NCBI GenBank assembly: GCA_964016885.1
Contig: OZ024744.1
Location: 2,542,001 to 2,606,000 of the forward strand
Direction of reading: 5' to 3'
DNA: 64,000 nt
From: Eledone cirrhosa
Taxonomy: Eukaryota
The notes below the pieces were generated by a model. It made no database searches and was not told the DNA's origin. It worked only from the letters and a program-made list of their open reading frames with translations. Made by a program: the position numbers and the translations under genes. Of this stretch, positions 52,701 through 64,000 are shown piece after piece (position 1 is the first letter of the stretch; each line of letters opens with the position of its first letter).

Positions 52701-55700
52701 GACAAGGTAGAGAAAGATAGCTTGGTGAAGAACGACGTTTTGTGGGAAGACAAGGTAGAGAAAGATAGCTTGGTGAAGAACGAAGTTTTGGGGGAAGACA
52801 AGGTAGAGAAAGATAGCTTGGTGAATAACGAAGTTTTGGGAGAAGACAAGGTCGAGAAAGATAGCTTGGTGAAGAACGAAATTTTGAGGGAAGACAAGGT
52901 AGAGAAAGATAGCTTGGTGAAGAACGACGTTTTGTGGGAAGACAAGATAGAGAAAGATTGCTTGGTGAAGAACGACGTTTTGTGGGAAGACAAGGTAGAG
53001 AAAGATAGCTTGGTGAAGAACGAAGTTTTGAGGGAAGACAAGGTAGAGAAAGATAGCTTGGTGAAGAACGAAGTATTGAGGGAAGACTCGGTAGAGAAAG
53101 ATAGCTTGGTGAAGAACGAAGTTTTGAGGGAAGACAAGGTAGAGAAAGATAGCTTGGTGAAGAACGAGGTTTTGAGGGAAGACAAGGTAGAGAAAGATAG
53201 CTTGTTGAAGAACGACGTTTTGGGGGAAGAAAGGTAGAGAAAGATAGCTTGGTGAAGAACAATGTTTTGGGGGAAGACAAGGTAGAGAAAGATAGCTTGG
53301 TGAAGAACGAAGTATTGAGGGAAGACTCGGTAGAGAAAGATAGCTTGGTGAAGAACGAAGTTTTGAGGGAAGACAAGGTAGAGAAAGATAGCTTGGTGAA
53401 GAACGAGGTTTTGAGGGAAGACAAGGTAGAGAAAGATAGCTTGGTGAAGAACGACGTTTTGAGGGAAGACAAGGTAGAGAAAGATAGCTTGGTGAAGAAC
53501 GACGTTTTGGGGGAAGAAAGGCAGGGAAAGATAGCTTGGTGAAGAACAAAATTTTGGGGGAAGACAAGGTAGAGAAAGATAGCTTGGTGAAGAACGAAGT
53601 ATTGAGGGAAGTCTCGGTAGAGAAAGATAGCTTGGTGAAGAACGAAGTTTTGAGGGAAGACAAGGTAGAGAAAGATAGCTTGGTGAAGAACGAGGTTTTG
53701 AGGGAAGACAAGGTAGAGAAAGATAGCTTGGTGAAGAACGACGTTTTGGGGGAAGAAAGGTAGAGAAAGATAGCTTGGTGAAGAACAAAGTTTTGGGGGA
53801 AGACAAGGTAGAGAAAGATAGCTTGGTGAAGAACGAAGTATTGAGGGAAGACTCGGTAGAGAAAGATAGCTTGGTGAAGAACGAAGTTTTGAGGGAAGAC
53901 AAGGTAGAGAAAGATAGCTTGGTGAAGAACGAGGTTTTGAGGGAAGACAAGGTAGAGAAAGATAGCTTGGTGAAGAACGAAGTTTTGGGGGAAGACAAGG
54001 TAGAGAAAGATAGCTTGGTGAAGAACGAAGTATTGAGGGAAGACTCGGTAGAGAAAGATAGCTTGGTGAAGAACGAAGTTTTGAGGGAAGACAAGGTAGA
54101 GAAAGATAGCTTGGTGAAGAACGAGGTTTTGAGGGAAGACAAGGTAGAGAAAGATAGCTTGTTGAAGAACGACGTTTTGGGGGAAGAAAGGTAGAGAAAG
54201 ATAGCTTGGTGAAGAACAATGTTTTGGGGGAAGACAAGGTAGAGAAAGATAGCTTGGTGAAGAACGAAGTATTGAGGGAAGACTCGGTAGAGAAAGATAG
54301 CTTGGTGAAGAACGAAGTTTTGAGGGAAGACAAGGTAGAGAAAGATAGCTTGGTGAAGAACGAGGTTTTGAGGGAAGACAAGGTAGAGAAAGATAGCTTG
54401 GTGAAGAACGACGTTTTGAGGGAAGACAAGGTAGAGAAAGATAGCTTGGTGAAGAACGACGTTTTGGGGGAAGAAAGTTAGAGAAAGATAGCTTGGTGAA
54501 GAACAAAGTTTTGGGGGAAGACAAGGTATAGAAAGATAGCTTGGTGAAGAACGAAGTATTGAGGGAAGACTCGGTCGAGAAAGATAGCTTGGTGAAGAAC
54601 GAAGTTTTGAGGGAAGACAAGGTAGAGAAAGATAGCTTGGTGAAGAACGAGGTTTTGAGGGAAGACAAGGTAGAGAAAGATAGCTTGGTGAAGAACGACG
54701 TTTTGGGGGAAGAAAGGTAGAGAAAGATAGCTTGGTGAAGAACAAAGTTTTGGGGGAAGACAAGGTAGAGAAAGATAGCTTGGTGAAGAACGAAGTATTG
54801 AGGGAAGACAAGGTAGAGAAAGATAGCTTGGTGAAGAACGAAGTTTTGAGGGAAGACAAGGTAGAGAAAGATAGCTTGGTGAAGAACGAGGTTTTCAGGG
54901 AAGACAAGGTAGAGAAAGATAGCTTGGTGAAGAACTAAGTTTTGGGGGAAGACAAGGTAGAGAAAGATAGCTTGGTGAAGAACGAAGTTTTGAGGGAAGA
55001 CAAGGTAGAGAAAGATAGCTTGGTGAAGAACGAAGTTTTGGGGGAAGACAAGGTAGAGAAAGATAGCTTGGTGAAGAACGAAGTTTTGAGGGAAGACAAG
55101 GTAGAGAAAGATAGCTTGGTGAAGAACGAAGTTTTGGGGGAAGACAATGTAGAGAAAGATAGCTTGGTGAAGAACGAAGTTTTGAGGGACGACAAAGTAG
55201 AGAAAGATAGTTGGTGAAGAACGAAGTTTTGGGGAAGACAAGGTAGAGAAATATAGCTTGGTGAAGAACGAAGTTTTGGGGGAAGACAAGGTAGAGAAAT
55301 ATAGCTTGGTGAAGAACGAAGTTTTGAGGGAAGACAAGGTAGAGAAAGATAGCTTGGTGAAGAACGAAGTTTTGAGGGAAGTCAAGGTAGAGAAAGATAG
55401 CTTGGTGAAGAACGACGTTTTGAGGGAAGACAAGGTAGAGAAAGATAGCTTGGTGAAGAACGACGTTTTGGGGGAAGACAAGGTAGAGAAAGATAGCTTG
55501 GTGAAGAACAACGTTTTGGGGGAAGACAAGGAAGAGAAAGATAGCTTGGTGAAGAACGATGTATTGAGGGAAGACTCGGTAGAGAAAGATAGCTTGGTGA
55601 AGAACGAAGTTTTGAGGGAAGACAAGGTAGAGAAAGATAGCTTGGTGAAGAACGAGGTTTTGAGGGAAGACAAGGTAGAGAAAGATAGCTTGGTGAAGAA

Positions 55701-58700
55701 CGACGTTTTGAGGGAAGACAAGGTAGGGAAAGATAGCTTGGTGAAGAACGAAGTTTTGGGGAAGACAAGGTAGAGAAAGATAGCTTGGTGAAGAACGAAG
55801 TTTTGAGGGAAGACAAGGTAGAGAAAGATAGCTTGGTGAAGAACGAGGTTTTGAGGGAAGACAAGGTAGAGAAAGATAGCTTGGTGAAGAACGACGTTTT
55901 GAGGGAAGACAAGGTAGAGAAAGATAGCTTGGTGAAGAACGACGTTTTGGGGGAAGAAAGGTAGAGAAAGATAGCTTGGTGAAGAACAAAGTTTTGGGGG
56001 AAGACAAGGTATAGAAAGATAGCTTGGTGAAGAACGAAGTATTGAGGGAAGACTCGGTAGAGAAAGATAGCTTGGTGAAGAACGAAGTTTTGAGGGAAGA
56101 CAAGGTAGAGAAAGATAGCTTGGTGAAGAACGAGGTTTTGAGGGAAGACAAGGTAGAGAAAGATAGCTTGGTGAAGAACGACGTTTTGGGGGAAGAAGGG
56201 TAGAGAAAGATAGCTTGGTGAAGAACAAAGTTTTGGGGGAAGACAAGGTAGAGAAAGATAGCTTGGTGAAGAACGAAGTATTGAGGGAAGACTCGGTAGA
56301 GAAAGATAGCTTGGTGAAGAACGAAGTTTTGAGGGAAGACAAGGTAGAGATAGATAGCTTGGTGAAGAACGAGGTTTTGAGGGAAGACAAGGTAGAGAAA
56401 GATAGCTTGGTGAAGAACGAAGTTTTGGGGGAAGACAATGTAGAGAAAGATAGCTTGGTGAAGAACGAAGTTTTGAGGGAAGACAAGGTAGAGAAAGATA
56501 GCTTGGTGAAGAACGAAGTTTTGAGGGAAGACAAGGTAGAGAAAGATAGCTTGGTGACGAACGAAGTTTTGGGGGAAGACAAGGTAGAGAAAGATAGCTT
56601 GGTGAAGAACGAAGTTTTGAGGGAAGACAAGGTAGAGAAACATAGCTTGGTGAAGAACGAAGTTTTGGGGGAAGACAATGTAGAGAAAGATAGCTTGGTG
56701 AAGAACGAAGTTTTGGGGAAGACAAGGTAGAGAAAGATAGCTTGGTGAAGAACGAAGTTTTGAGGGAAGTCAAGGTAGAGAAAGATAGCTTGGTGAAGAA
56801 CGACGTTTTGAGGGAAGACAAGGTAGAGAAAGATAGCTTGGTGAAGAACGACGTTTTGGGGGAAGACAAGGTAGAGAAAGATAGCTTGGTGAAGAACAAC
56901 GTTTTGGGGGAAGACAAGGTAGAGAAAGATAGCTTGGTGAAGAACGAAGTATTGAGGGAAGACTAGCTAGAGAAAGATAGTTGGTGAAGAACGAAGTTTT
57001 GAGGGAAGACAAGGTAGAGAAAGATAGCTTGGTGAAGAACGACGTTTTGAGGGAAGACAAGGTAGAGAAAGATAGCTTGGTGAAGAGCGACGTTTTGGGG
57101 GAAGAAAGGCAGGGAAAGATAGCTTGGTGAAGAACAAAATTTTGAGGGAAGACAAGGTAGAGAAAGATAGCTTGGTGAAGAACGAAGTATTGAGGGAAGT
57201 CTCGGTAGAGAAAGATAGCTTGGTGAAGAACGAAGTTTTGGGGGAAGACAAGGTAGAGAAAGATAGCTTGGTGAAGAACGAGGTTTTGAGGGAAGACAAG
57301 GTAGAGAAAGATAGCTTGGTGAAGAACGACGTTTTGGGGGAAGAAAGGTAGAGAAAGATAGCTTGGTGAAGAACAAAGTTTTGGGGGAAGACAAGGTAGA
57401 GAAAGATAGCTTGGTGAAGAACGAAGTATTGAGGGAAGACTCGGTAGAGAAAGATAGCTTGGTGAAGAACGAAGTTTTGAGGGAAGACAAGGTAGAGAAA
57501 GATAGCTTGGTGAAGAACGAGGTTTTGAGGGAAGACAAGGTAGAGAAAGATAGCTTGGTGAAGAACGAAGTTTTGGGGGAAGACAAGGTAGAGAAAGATA
57601 GCTTCGTGAAGAACGAAGTTTTGAGGGAAGACAAGGTAGAGAAAGATAGCTTGGTGAAGAACGAAGTTTTGGGGGAAGACAATGTAGAGAAAGATAGATT
57701 GCTGAAGAACGAAGTTTTGAGGGACGACAAAGTAGAGAAAGATAGCTTGGTGAAGAACGAAGTTTTGGGGAAGACAAGGTAGAGAAAGATAGCTTGGTAA
57801 AGAACGAAGTTTTGGGGGAAGACAAGGTAGAGAAATATAGCTTGGTGAAGAACGAAGTTTTGAGGGAAGACAAGGTAGAGAAAGATAGCTTGGTGAAGAA
57901 CGAAGTTTTGAGGGAAGTCAAGGTAGAGAAAGATAGCTTGGTGAAGAACGAAGTATTGAGGGAAGACTAGGTAGAGAAAGATAGTTGGTGAAGAACGAAG
58001 TTTTGAGGGAAGACAAGGTAGAGAAAGATAGCTTGGTGAAGAACGACGTTTTGAGGGAAGACAAGGTAGAGAATGATAGCTTGGTGAAGAACGAAGTTTT
58101 GGGGGAAGACAAGGTAGAGAAAGATAGCTTGGTGAAGAACGAAATTTTGAGGGAAGACAAGGTAGAGAAAGATAGCTTGGTGAAGAACGAAGAATTGAGG
58201 GAAGACAAGGTAGAGAAAGATAGCTTGGTGAAGAACGAAGTTTTGGGGGAAGACAAGGTAGAGAAAGATAGCTTGGTGAAGAACGAAGTTTTGAGGGAAG
58301 ACAAGGTAGAGAAAGATAGCTTGGTGAAGAACGAAGTTTTGGTGGAAGACAATGTAGAGAACGATAGCTTGCTGAAGAACGAAGTTTTGAGGGACGACAA
58401 AGTAGAGAAAGATAGCTTGGTGAAGAACGAAGCTTTGGGGAAGACAATGTAGAGAAAGATATCTTGGTGAAGAACGAAGTTTTGGGGGAAGACAAGGTAG
58501 AGAAATATAGCTTGGTGAAGAACGAAGTTTTGAGGGAAGACAAGGTAGAGAAAGATAGCTTGGTGAAGAACGAAGTTTTGAGGGAAGTCAATGTAGAGAA
58601 AGATAGCTTGGTGAAGAACGACGTTTTGAGGGAAGACAAGGTAGAGAAAGATAGCATGGTGAAGAACGACGTTTTGGGGGAAGACAAGGTAGAGAAAGAT

Positions 58701-61700
58701 AGCTTGGTGAAGAACAACGTTTTGGGGGAAGACAAGGTAGAGAAAGATAGCTTGGTGAAGAACGAAGTATTGAGGGAAGACTAGGTAGAGAAAGATAGTT
58801 GGTGAAGAACGAAGTTTTGAGGGAAGACAAGGTAGAGAAAGATAGCTTGGTGAAGAACGACGTTTTGAGGGAAGACAAGGTAGAGAAAGATAGCTTGGTG
58901 AAGAACGACGTTTTGAGGGAAGACAAGGTAGAGAAAGATAGCTTGGTGAAGAACGAAGTTTTGGGGAAGACAATGTAGAGAAAGATAGCTTGGTGAAGAA
59001 CGAAGTTTTGGGGGAAGACGAGGTAGAGAAAGATAGCTTGGTGAAGAACTAAGTTTTGGGAGAAGACAAGGTAGAGAAAGATAGCTTGGTGAAGAACGAA
59101 GTTTTGAGGGAAGACAAGGTAGAGAAAGATAGCTTGGTGAAGAACGACGTTTTGAGGGAAGACAAGGTAGAGAAAGATAGCTTGGTGAAGAACGACGTTT
59201 TGTGGGAAGACAAGGTAGAGAAAGATAGCTTGGTGAAGAACGAAGTTTTGGGGGAAGACAAGGTAGAGAAAGATAGCTTGGTGAATAACGAAGTTTTGGG
59301 AGAAGACAAGGTCGAGAAAGATAGCTTGGTGAAGAACGAAATTTTGAGGGAAGACAAGGTAGAGAAAGATAGCTTGGTGAAGAACGACGTTTTGTGGGAA
59401 GACAAGATAGAGAAAGATTGCTTGGTGAAGAACGACGTTTTGTGGGAAGACAAGGTAGAGAAAGATAGCTTGGTGAAGAACGATGTTTTGGGGAAGACAA
59501 TGTAGAGAAAGATAGCTTGGTGAAGAACGAAGTTTTGGGGGAAGACAAGGTAGAGAAAGATAGCTTGGTGAAGAACGAAGTTTTGAGGGAAGACAAGGTA
59601 GAGAAAGATAGCTTGGTGAATAACGAATTTTTGGGAGAAGACAAGGTAGAGAAAGATAGTTGGTGAAGAACGAAGTTTTGAGGGAAGACAAGGTAGAGAA
59701 AGATAGATTGGTGAAGAACGACGTTTTGAGGGAAGACAAGGTAGAGAAAGATAGCTTGGTGAAGAACGAAGTTTTGGGGGAAGACAATGTAGAGAAAGAT
59801 AGATTGCTGAAGAACGAAGTTTTGAGGGACGACAAAGTAGAGAAAGATAGCTTGGTGAAGAACGAAGTTTTGGGGAAGACAAGGTAGAGAAAGATAGCTT
59901 GGTGAAGAACGAAGTATTGAGGGAAGTCTCGGTAGAGAAAGATAGCTTGGTGAAGAACGAAGTTTTGAGGGAAGACAAGGTAGAGAAAGATAGCTTGGTG
60001 AAGAACGAGGTTTTGAGGGAAGACAAGGTAGAGAAAGATAGCTTGGTGAAGAACGACGTTTTGGGGGAAGAAAGGTAGAGAAAGATAGCTTGGTGAAGAA
60101 CAAAGTTTTGGGGGAAGACAAGGTAGAGAAAGATAGCTTGGTGAAGAACGAAGTATTGAGGGAAGACTCGGTAGAGAAAGATAGCTTGGTGAAGAACGAA
60201 GTTTTGAGGGAAGACAAGGTAGAGAAAGATAGCTTGGTGAAGAACGAGGTTTTGAGGGAAGACAAGGTAGAGAAAGATAGCTTGGTGAAGAACGAAGTTT
60301 TGGGGGAAGACAAGGTAGAGAAAGATAGCTTCGTGAAGAACGAAGTTTTGAGGGAAGACAAGGTAGAGAAAGATAGCTTGGTGAAGAACGAAGTTTTGGG
60401 GGAAGACAAGGTAGAGAAAGATAGCTTGGTGAAGAACGAAGTTTTGGTGGAAGACAATGTAGAGAACGATAGCTTGCTGAAGAACGAAGTTTTGAGGGAC
60501 GACAAAGTAGAGAAAGATAGCTTGGTGAAGAACGAAGCTTTGGGGAAGACAATGTAGAGAAAGATATCTTGGTGAAGAACGAAGTTTTGGGGGAAGACAA
60601 GGTAGAGAAATATAGCTTGGTGAAGAACGAAGTTTTGAGGGAAGACAAGGTAGAGAAAGATAGCTTGGTGAAGAACGAAGTTTTGAGGGAAGTCAATGTA
60701 GAGAAAGATAGCTTGGTGAAGAACGACGTTTTGAGGGAAGACAAGGTAGAGAAAGATAGCATGGTGAAGAACGACGTTTTGGGGGAAGACAAGGTAGAGA
60801 AAGATAGCTTGGTGAAGAACAACGTTTTGGGGGAAGACAAGGTAGAGAAAGATAGCTTGGTGAAGAACGAAGTATTGAGGGAAGACTAGGTAGAGAAAGA
60901 TAGTTGGTGAAGAACGAAGTTTTGAGGGAAGACAAGGTAGAGAAAGATAGCTTGGTGAAGAACGACGTTTTGAGGGAAGACAAGGTAGAGAAAGATAGCT
61001 TGGTGAAGAACGACGTTTTGAGGGAAGACAAGGTAGAGAAAGATAGCTTGGTGAAGAACGAAGTTTTGGGGAAGACAATGTAGAGAAAGATAGCTTGGTG
61101 AAGAACGAAGTTTTGGGGGAAGACGAGGTAGAGAAAGATAGCTTGGTGAAGAACTAAGTTTTGGGAGAAGACAAGGTAGAGAAAGATAGCTTGGTGAAGA
61201 ACGAAGTTTTGAGGGAAGACAAGGTAGAGAAAGATAGCTTGGTGAAGAACGACGTTTTGAGGGAAGACAAGGTAGAGAAAGATAGCTTGGTGAAGAACGA
61301 CGTTTTGTGGGAAGACAAGGTAGAGAAAGATAGCTTGGTGAAGAACGAAGTTTTGGGGGAAGACAAGGTAGAGAAAGATAGCTTGGTGAATAACGAAGTT
61401 TTGGGAGAAGACAAGGTCGAGAAAGATAGCTTGGTGAAGAACGAAATTTTGAGGGAAGACAAGGTAGAGAAAGATAGCTTGGTGAAGAACGACGTTTTGT
61501 GGGAAGACAAGATAGAGAAAGATTGCTTGGTGAAGAACGACGTTTTGTGGGAAGACAAGGTAGAGAAAGATAGCTTGGTGAAGAACGATGTTTTGGGGAA
61601 GACAATGTAGAGAAAGATAGCTTGGTGAAGAACGAAGTTTTGGGGGAAGACAAGGTAGAGAAAGATAGCTTGGTGAAGAACGAAGTTTTGAGGGAAGACA

Positions 61701-64000
61701 AGGTAGAGAAAGATAGCTTGGTGAATAACGAATTTTTGGGAGAAGACAAGGTAGAGAAAGATAGTTGGTGAAGAACGAAGTTTTGAGGGAAGACAAGGTA
61801 GAGAAAGATAGATTGGTGAAGAACGACGTTTTGAGGGAAGACAAGGTAGAGAAAGATAGCTTGGTGAAGAACGAAGTTTTGGGGGAAGACAATGTAGAGA
61901 AAGATAGATTGCTGAAGAACGAAGTTTTGAGGGACGACAAAGTAGAGAAAGATAGCTTGGTGAAGAACGAAGTTTTGGGGAAGACAAGGTAGAGAAAGAT
62001 AGCTTGGTGAAGAACGAAGTATTGAGGGAAGTCTCGGTAGAGAAAGATAGCTTGGTGAAGAACGAAGTTTTGAGGGAAGACAAGGTAGAGAAAGATAGCT
62101 TGGTGAAGAACGAGGTTTTGAGGGAAGACAAGGTAGAGAAAGATAGCTTGGTGAAGAACGACGTTTTGGGGGAAGAAAGGTAGAGAAAGATAGCTTGGTG
62201 AAGAACAAAGTTTTGGGGGAAGACAAGGTAGAGAAAGATAGCTTGGTGAAGAACGAAGTATTGAGGGAAGACTCGGTAGAGAAAGATAGCTTGGTGAAGA
62301 ACGAAGTTTTGAGGGAAGACAAGGTAGAGAAAGATAGCTTGGTGAAGAACGAGGTTTTGAGGGAAGACAAGGTAGAGAAAGATAGCTTGGTGAAGAACGA
62401 AGTTTTGGGGGAAGACAAGGTAGAGAAAGATAGCTTCGTGAAGAACGAAGTTTTGAGGGAAGACAAGGTAGAGAAAGATAGCTTGGTGAAGAACGAAGTT
62501 TTGGGGGAAGACAATGTAGAGAAAGATAGATTGCTGAAGAACGAAGTTTTGAGGGACGACAAAGTAGAGAAAGATAGCTTGGTGAAGAACGAAGTTTTGG
62601 GGAAGACAAGGTAGAGAAAGATAGCTTGGTGAAGAACGAAGTTTTGGGGAAGACAATGTAGAGAAAGATAGCTTGGTGAAGAACGAAGTTTTGGGGGAAG
62701 ACAAGGTAGAGAAAGATAGCTTGGTGAAGAACTAAGTTTTGGGAGAAAACAAGGTAGAGAAAGATAGCTTGGTGAAGAACGAAGTTTTGAGGGAAGACAA
62801 GGTAGAGAAAGATAGCTTGGTGAAGAACGACGTTTTGAGGGAAGACAAGGTAGAGAAAGATAGCTTGGTGAAGAACGACGTTTTGTGGGAAGACAAGGTA
62901 GAGAAAGATAGCTTGGTGAAGAACGAAGTTTTGGGGGAAGACAAGGTAGAGAAAGATAGCTTGGTGAATAACGAAGTTTTGGGAGAAGACAAGGTCGAGA
63001 AAGATAGCTTGGTGAAGAACGAAATTTTGAGGGAAGACAAGGTAGAGAAAGATAGCTTGGTGAAGAACGACGTTTTGAGGGAAGACAAGATAGAGAAAGA
63101 TAGCTTGGTGAAGAACGACGTTTTGTGGGAAGACAAGGTGGAGAAAGATAGCTTGGTGAAGAACGAAGTTTTGGGGGAAGACAAGTTAGAGAAAGATAGC
63201 TTGGTGAAGAACGAAGTTTTGGTGGAAGACAAGGTAGAGAAAGATAGCTTGGTGAAGAACGATGTTTTGGGGAAGACAATGTAGAGAAAGATAGCTTGGT
63301 GGAGAACGAAGTTTTGGGGGAAGACAAGGTAGAGAAAGATAGCTTGGTGAAGAACGAAGTTTTGAGGGAAGACAAGGTAGAGAAAGATAGCTTGGTGAAT
63401 AACGAAGTTTTGGGAGAAGACAAGGTAGAGAAAGATAGTTGGTGAAGAACGAAGTTTTGAGGGAAGACAATTTAGAGAAAGATAGATTGGTGAAGAACGA
63501 CGTTTTGAGGGAAGACAAGGTAGAGAAAGATAGCTTGGTGAAGAACGACGTTTTGTGGGAAGACAAGGTAGAGAAAGATAGCTTGGTGAAGAACGAAGTT
63601 TTGGGGGAAGACAAGGTAGAGAAAGATAGCTTGGTGAATAACGAAATGTTGGGAGAAGACAAGGTCGAGAAAGATAGCTTGGTGAAGAACGAAATTTTGA
63701 GGGAAGACAATGTAGAGAAAGATAGCTTGGTGAAGAACGAAGTTTTGGGGGAAGACAAGGTAGAGAAAGATAGCTTGGTGAAGAACGAAGTTTTGGGGGA
63801 AGACAAGGTAGAGAAAGATAGCTTGGTGAAGAACGAAGTTTTGGGGGAAGACAAGGTAGAGAAAGATAGCTTGGTGAAGAACGAAGTTTTGGGGGAAGAC
63901 AAGGTAGAGAAAGATAGCTTGGTGAAGAACGAAGTTTTGTGGAAGACAATGTAGATAAAGATAGCTTGGTGAAGAACGAAGTTTTGGGGAAGACAAGGTA
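13711..64000. repeat. 48-bp satellite array, ~1,050 monomers, consensus TTGGTGAAGAACGAAGTTTTGAGGGAAGACAAGGTAGAGAAAGATAGC, with higher-order structure
   Basis: Continuous head-to-tail monomers in one orientation from the gap to the window end. Recurrent 47-bp (gatagttgg, ttggggaagac, gaagaaagg) and 49-bp (aacggaag) variants. No foreign insertion noticed. Confidence 0.98.

Noticed and set aside
13406-63996. Giant ORFs (up to 3750 aa) on the - strand and LVKNEVLREDKVEKDS ORFs on the + strand as real genes
   Set aside because: They are translations of the 48-bp satellite. All three - frames are open for compositional reasons, and the + frame is broken every few hundred bp by shared indels and stops. 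Some ORFs run through the N gap.
13711-64000. CRISPR-like array
   Set aside because: No unique spacers, the monomers are contiguous and near-identical, there are no cas genes, and the context is eukaryotic.

Overview
Eukaryotic (probably invertebrate animal) DNA with no recognisable host gene, in two parts separated by a 200-N gap (13511-13710). (1) 1-13.5 kb is a nest of mobile elements in and around (TA)n/(CA)n microsatellites. It holds the 3' half of a Penelope-like element (PLE; RT + Cys-rich + GIY-YIG endonuclease, Naiad-like, one frameshift) and a decayed CRE-like non-LTR RT fragment. It also holds several short non-coding elements, mostly arranged as inverted or partial tandem repeats bounded by TA runs. 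Manual folding finds type I hammerhead ribozyme (HHR) motifs in four unrelated element families at 7 loci: 2157, 2821, 3475(-), 4741, 12044(-), 12428 and 12943. All have a non-Watson-Crick first pair of stem II, and three families have a palindromic stem III. One family is a 521-bp circularly permuted unit with an enlarged stem II and a compensatory change in stem III. The best candidate system is a (TA)n-associated set of ribozyme-bearing non-autonomous, retrozyme-like or pLTR-derived retroelements beside a PLE helper. (2) 13711-64000 is a >50-kb array of a 48-bp purine-rich satellite (about 1,050 monomers) with nested higher-order repeats (239 bp, 814 bp, 2-3.5 kb, 9.2 kb). The giant ORFs in it are repeat artefacts. 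All structures were read by eye, and no folding software or database search was run.
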